From positions 37,758,001-37,822,000 of the forward strand of contig NC_083288.1 in the NCBI RefSeq assembly GCF_963506605.1: 64,000 nt of DNA, in the 5' to 3' direction. The position numbers were made by a program, and so were the translations under genes. Under the pieces are notes generated by a model. The model saw only the letters and a program-made list of their open reading frames with translations, was not told the DNA's origin and searched no databases. Positions within the stretch are counted from its first letter, which is position 1. Each line of letters begins with the position of its first letter. This document shows, one piece after another, positions 63,810 through 64,000 of this stretch. The DNA is from Zootoca vivipara. Its lineage: Eukaryota.

Positions 63810-64000
63810 AAAGGTAAAGGTACCCCTGACCATTAGGTCCAGTTGTGGACGACTGTGGGGTTGCGGCACTCATCTCACTTTATTGGCCGAGGGAGCCGGC
63901 GTACAGCTTCCGGGTCATGTGGCCAGCATGACTAAGCCGCTTCTGGCAAACCAGAGCAGCGCACGGAAACGCCGTTTACCTTCCCGCCGGAGCAGTACCG
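63810..64000 (-). mobile_element. Sauria SINE (3' part; runs off the window)
   Basis: aaaggtaaaggtacccctgaccattaggtcc... matches the other copies. Confidence 0.86.

Overview
This is vertebrate genomic DNA from a squamate reptile, probably a lacertid lizard, judged from its Sauria SINEs, BovB/RTE LINEs, tRNA-Lys/CR1 SINEs and Squam3-like SINEs. Seven protein-coding genes can be built by hand with GT-AG introns, and they alternate strictly in strand: a ~25-finger C2H2 zinc-finger gene (-), a TBRG1 homologue with an intronless CDS (+), TACO1 (-), a SCAN-zinc-finger gene that retains an extended retrotransposon Gag/capsid region (+), SLX1 (-), BOLA2 (+) and CORO1A (-). The SLX1-BOLA2-CORO1A trio matches human 16p11.2 in order and orientation. 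TACO1 and TBRG1 are not 16p11.2 genes in human. Intergenic and intronic DNA is dense in LINE fragments (BovB, CR1, L2), SINEs, hAT MITEs with 8-bp TSDs and Tc1/mariner MITEs. The most notable observations are the capsid-extended SCAN-ZF gene, the probable TBRG1 retrogene, a minimal Penelope-type hammerhead ribozyme at 2214-2259 (-), an in-frame stop-free intron and several long palindromes. All coordinates were read by eye and no searches were run.
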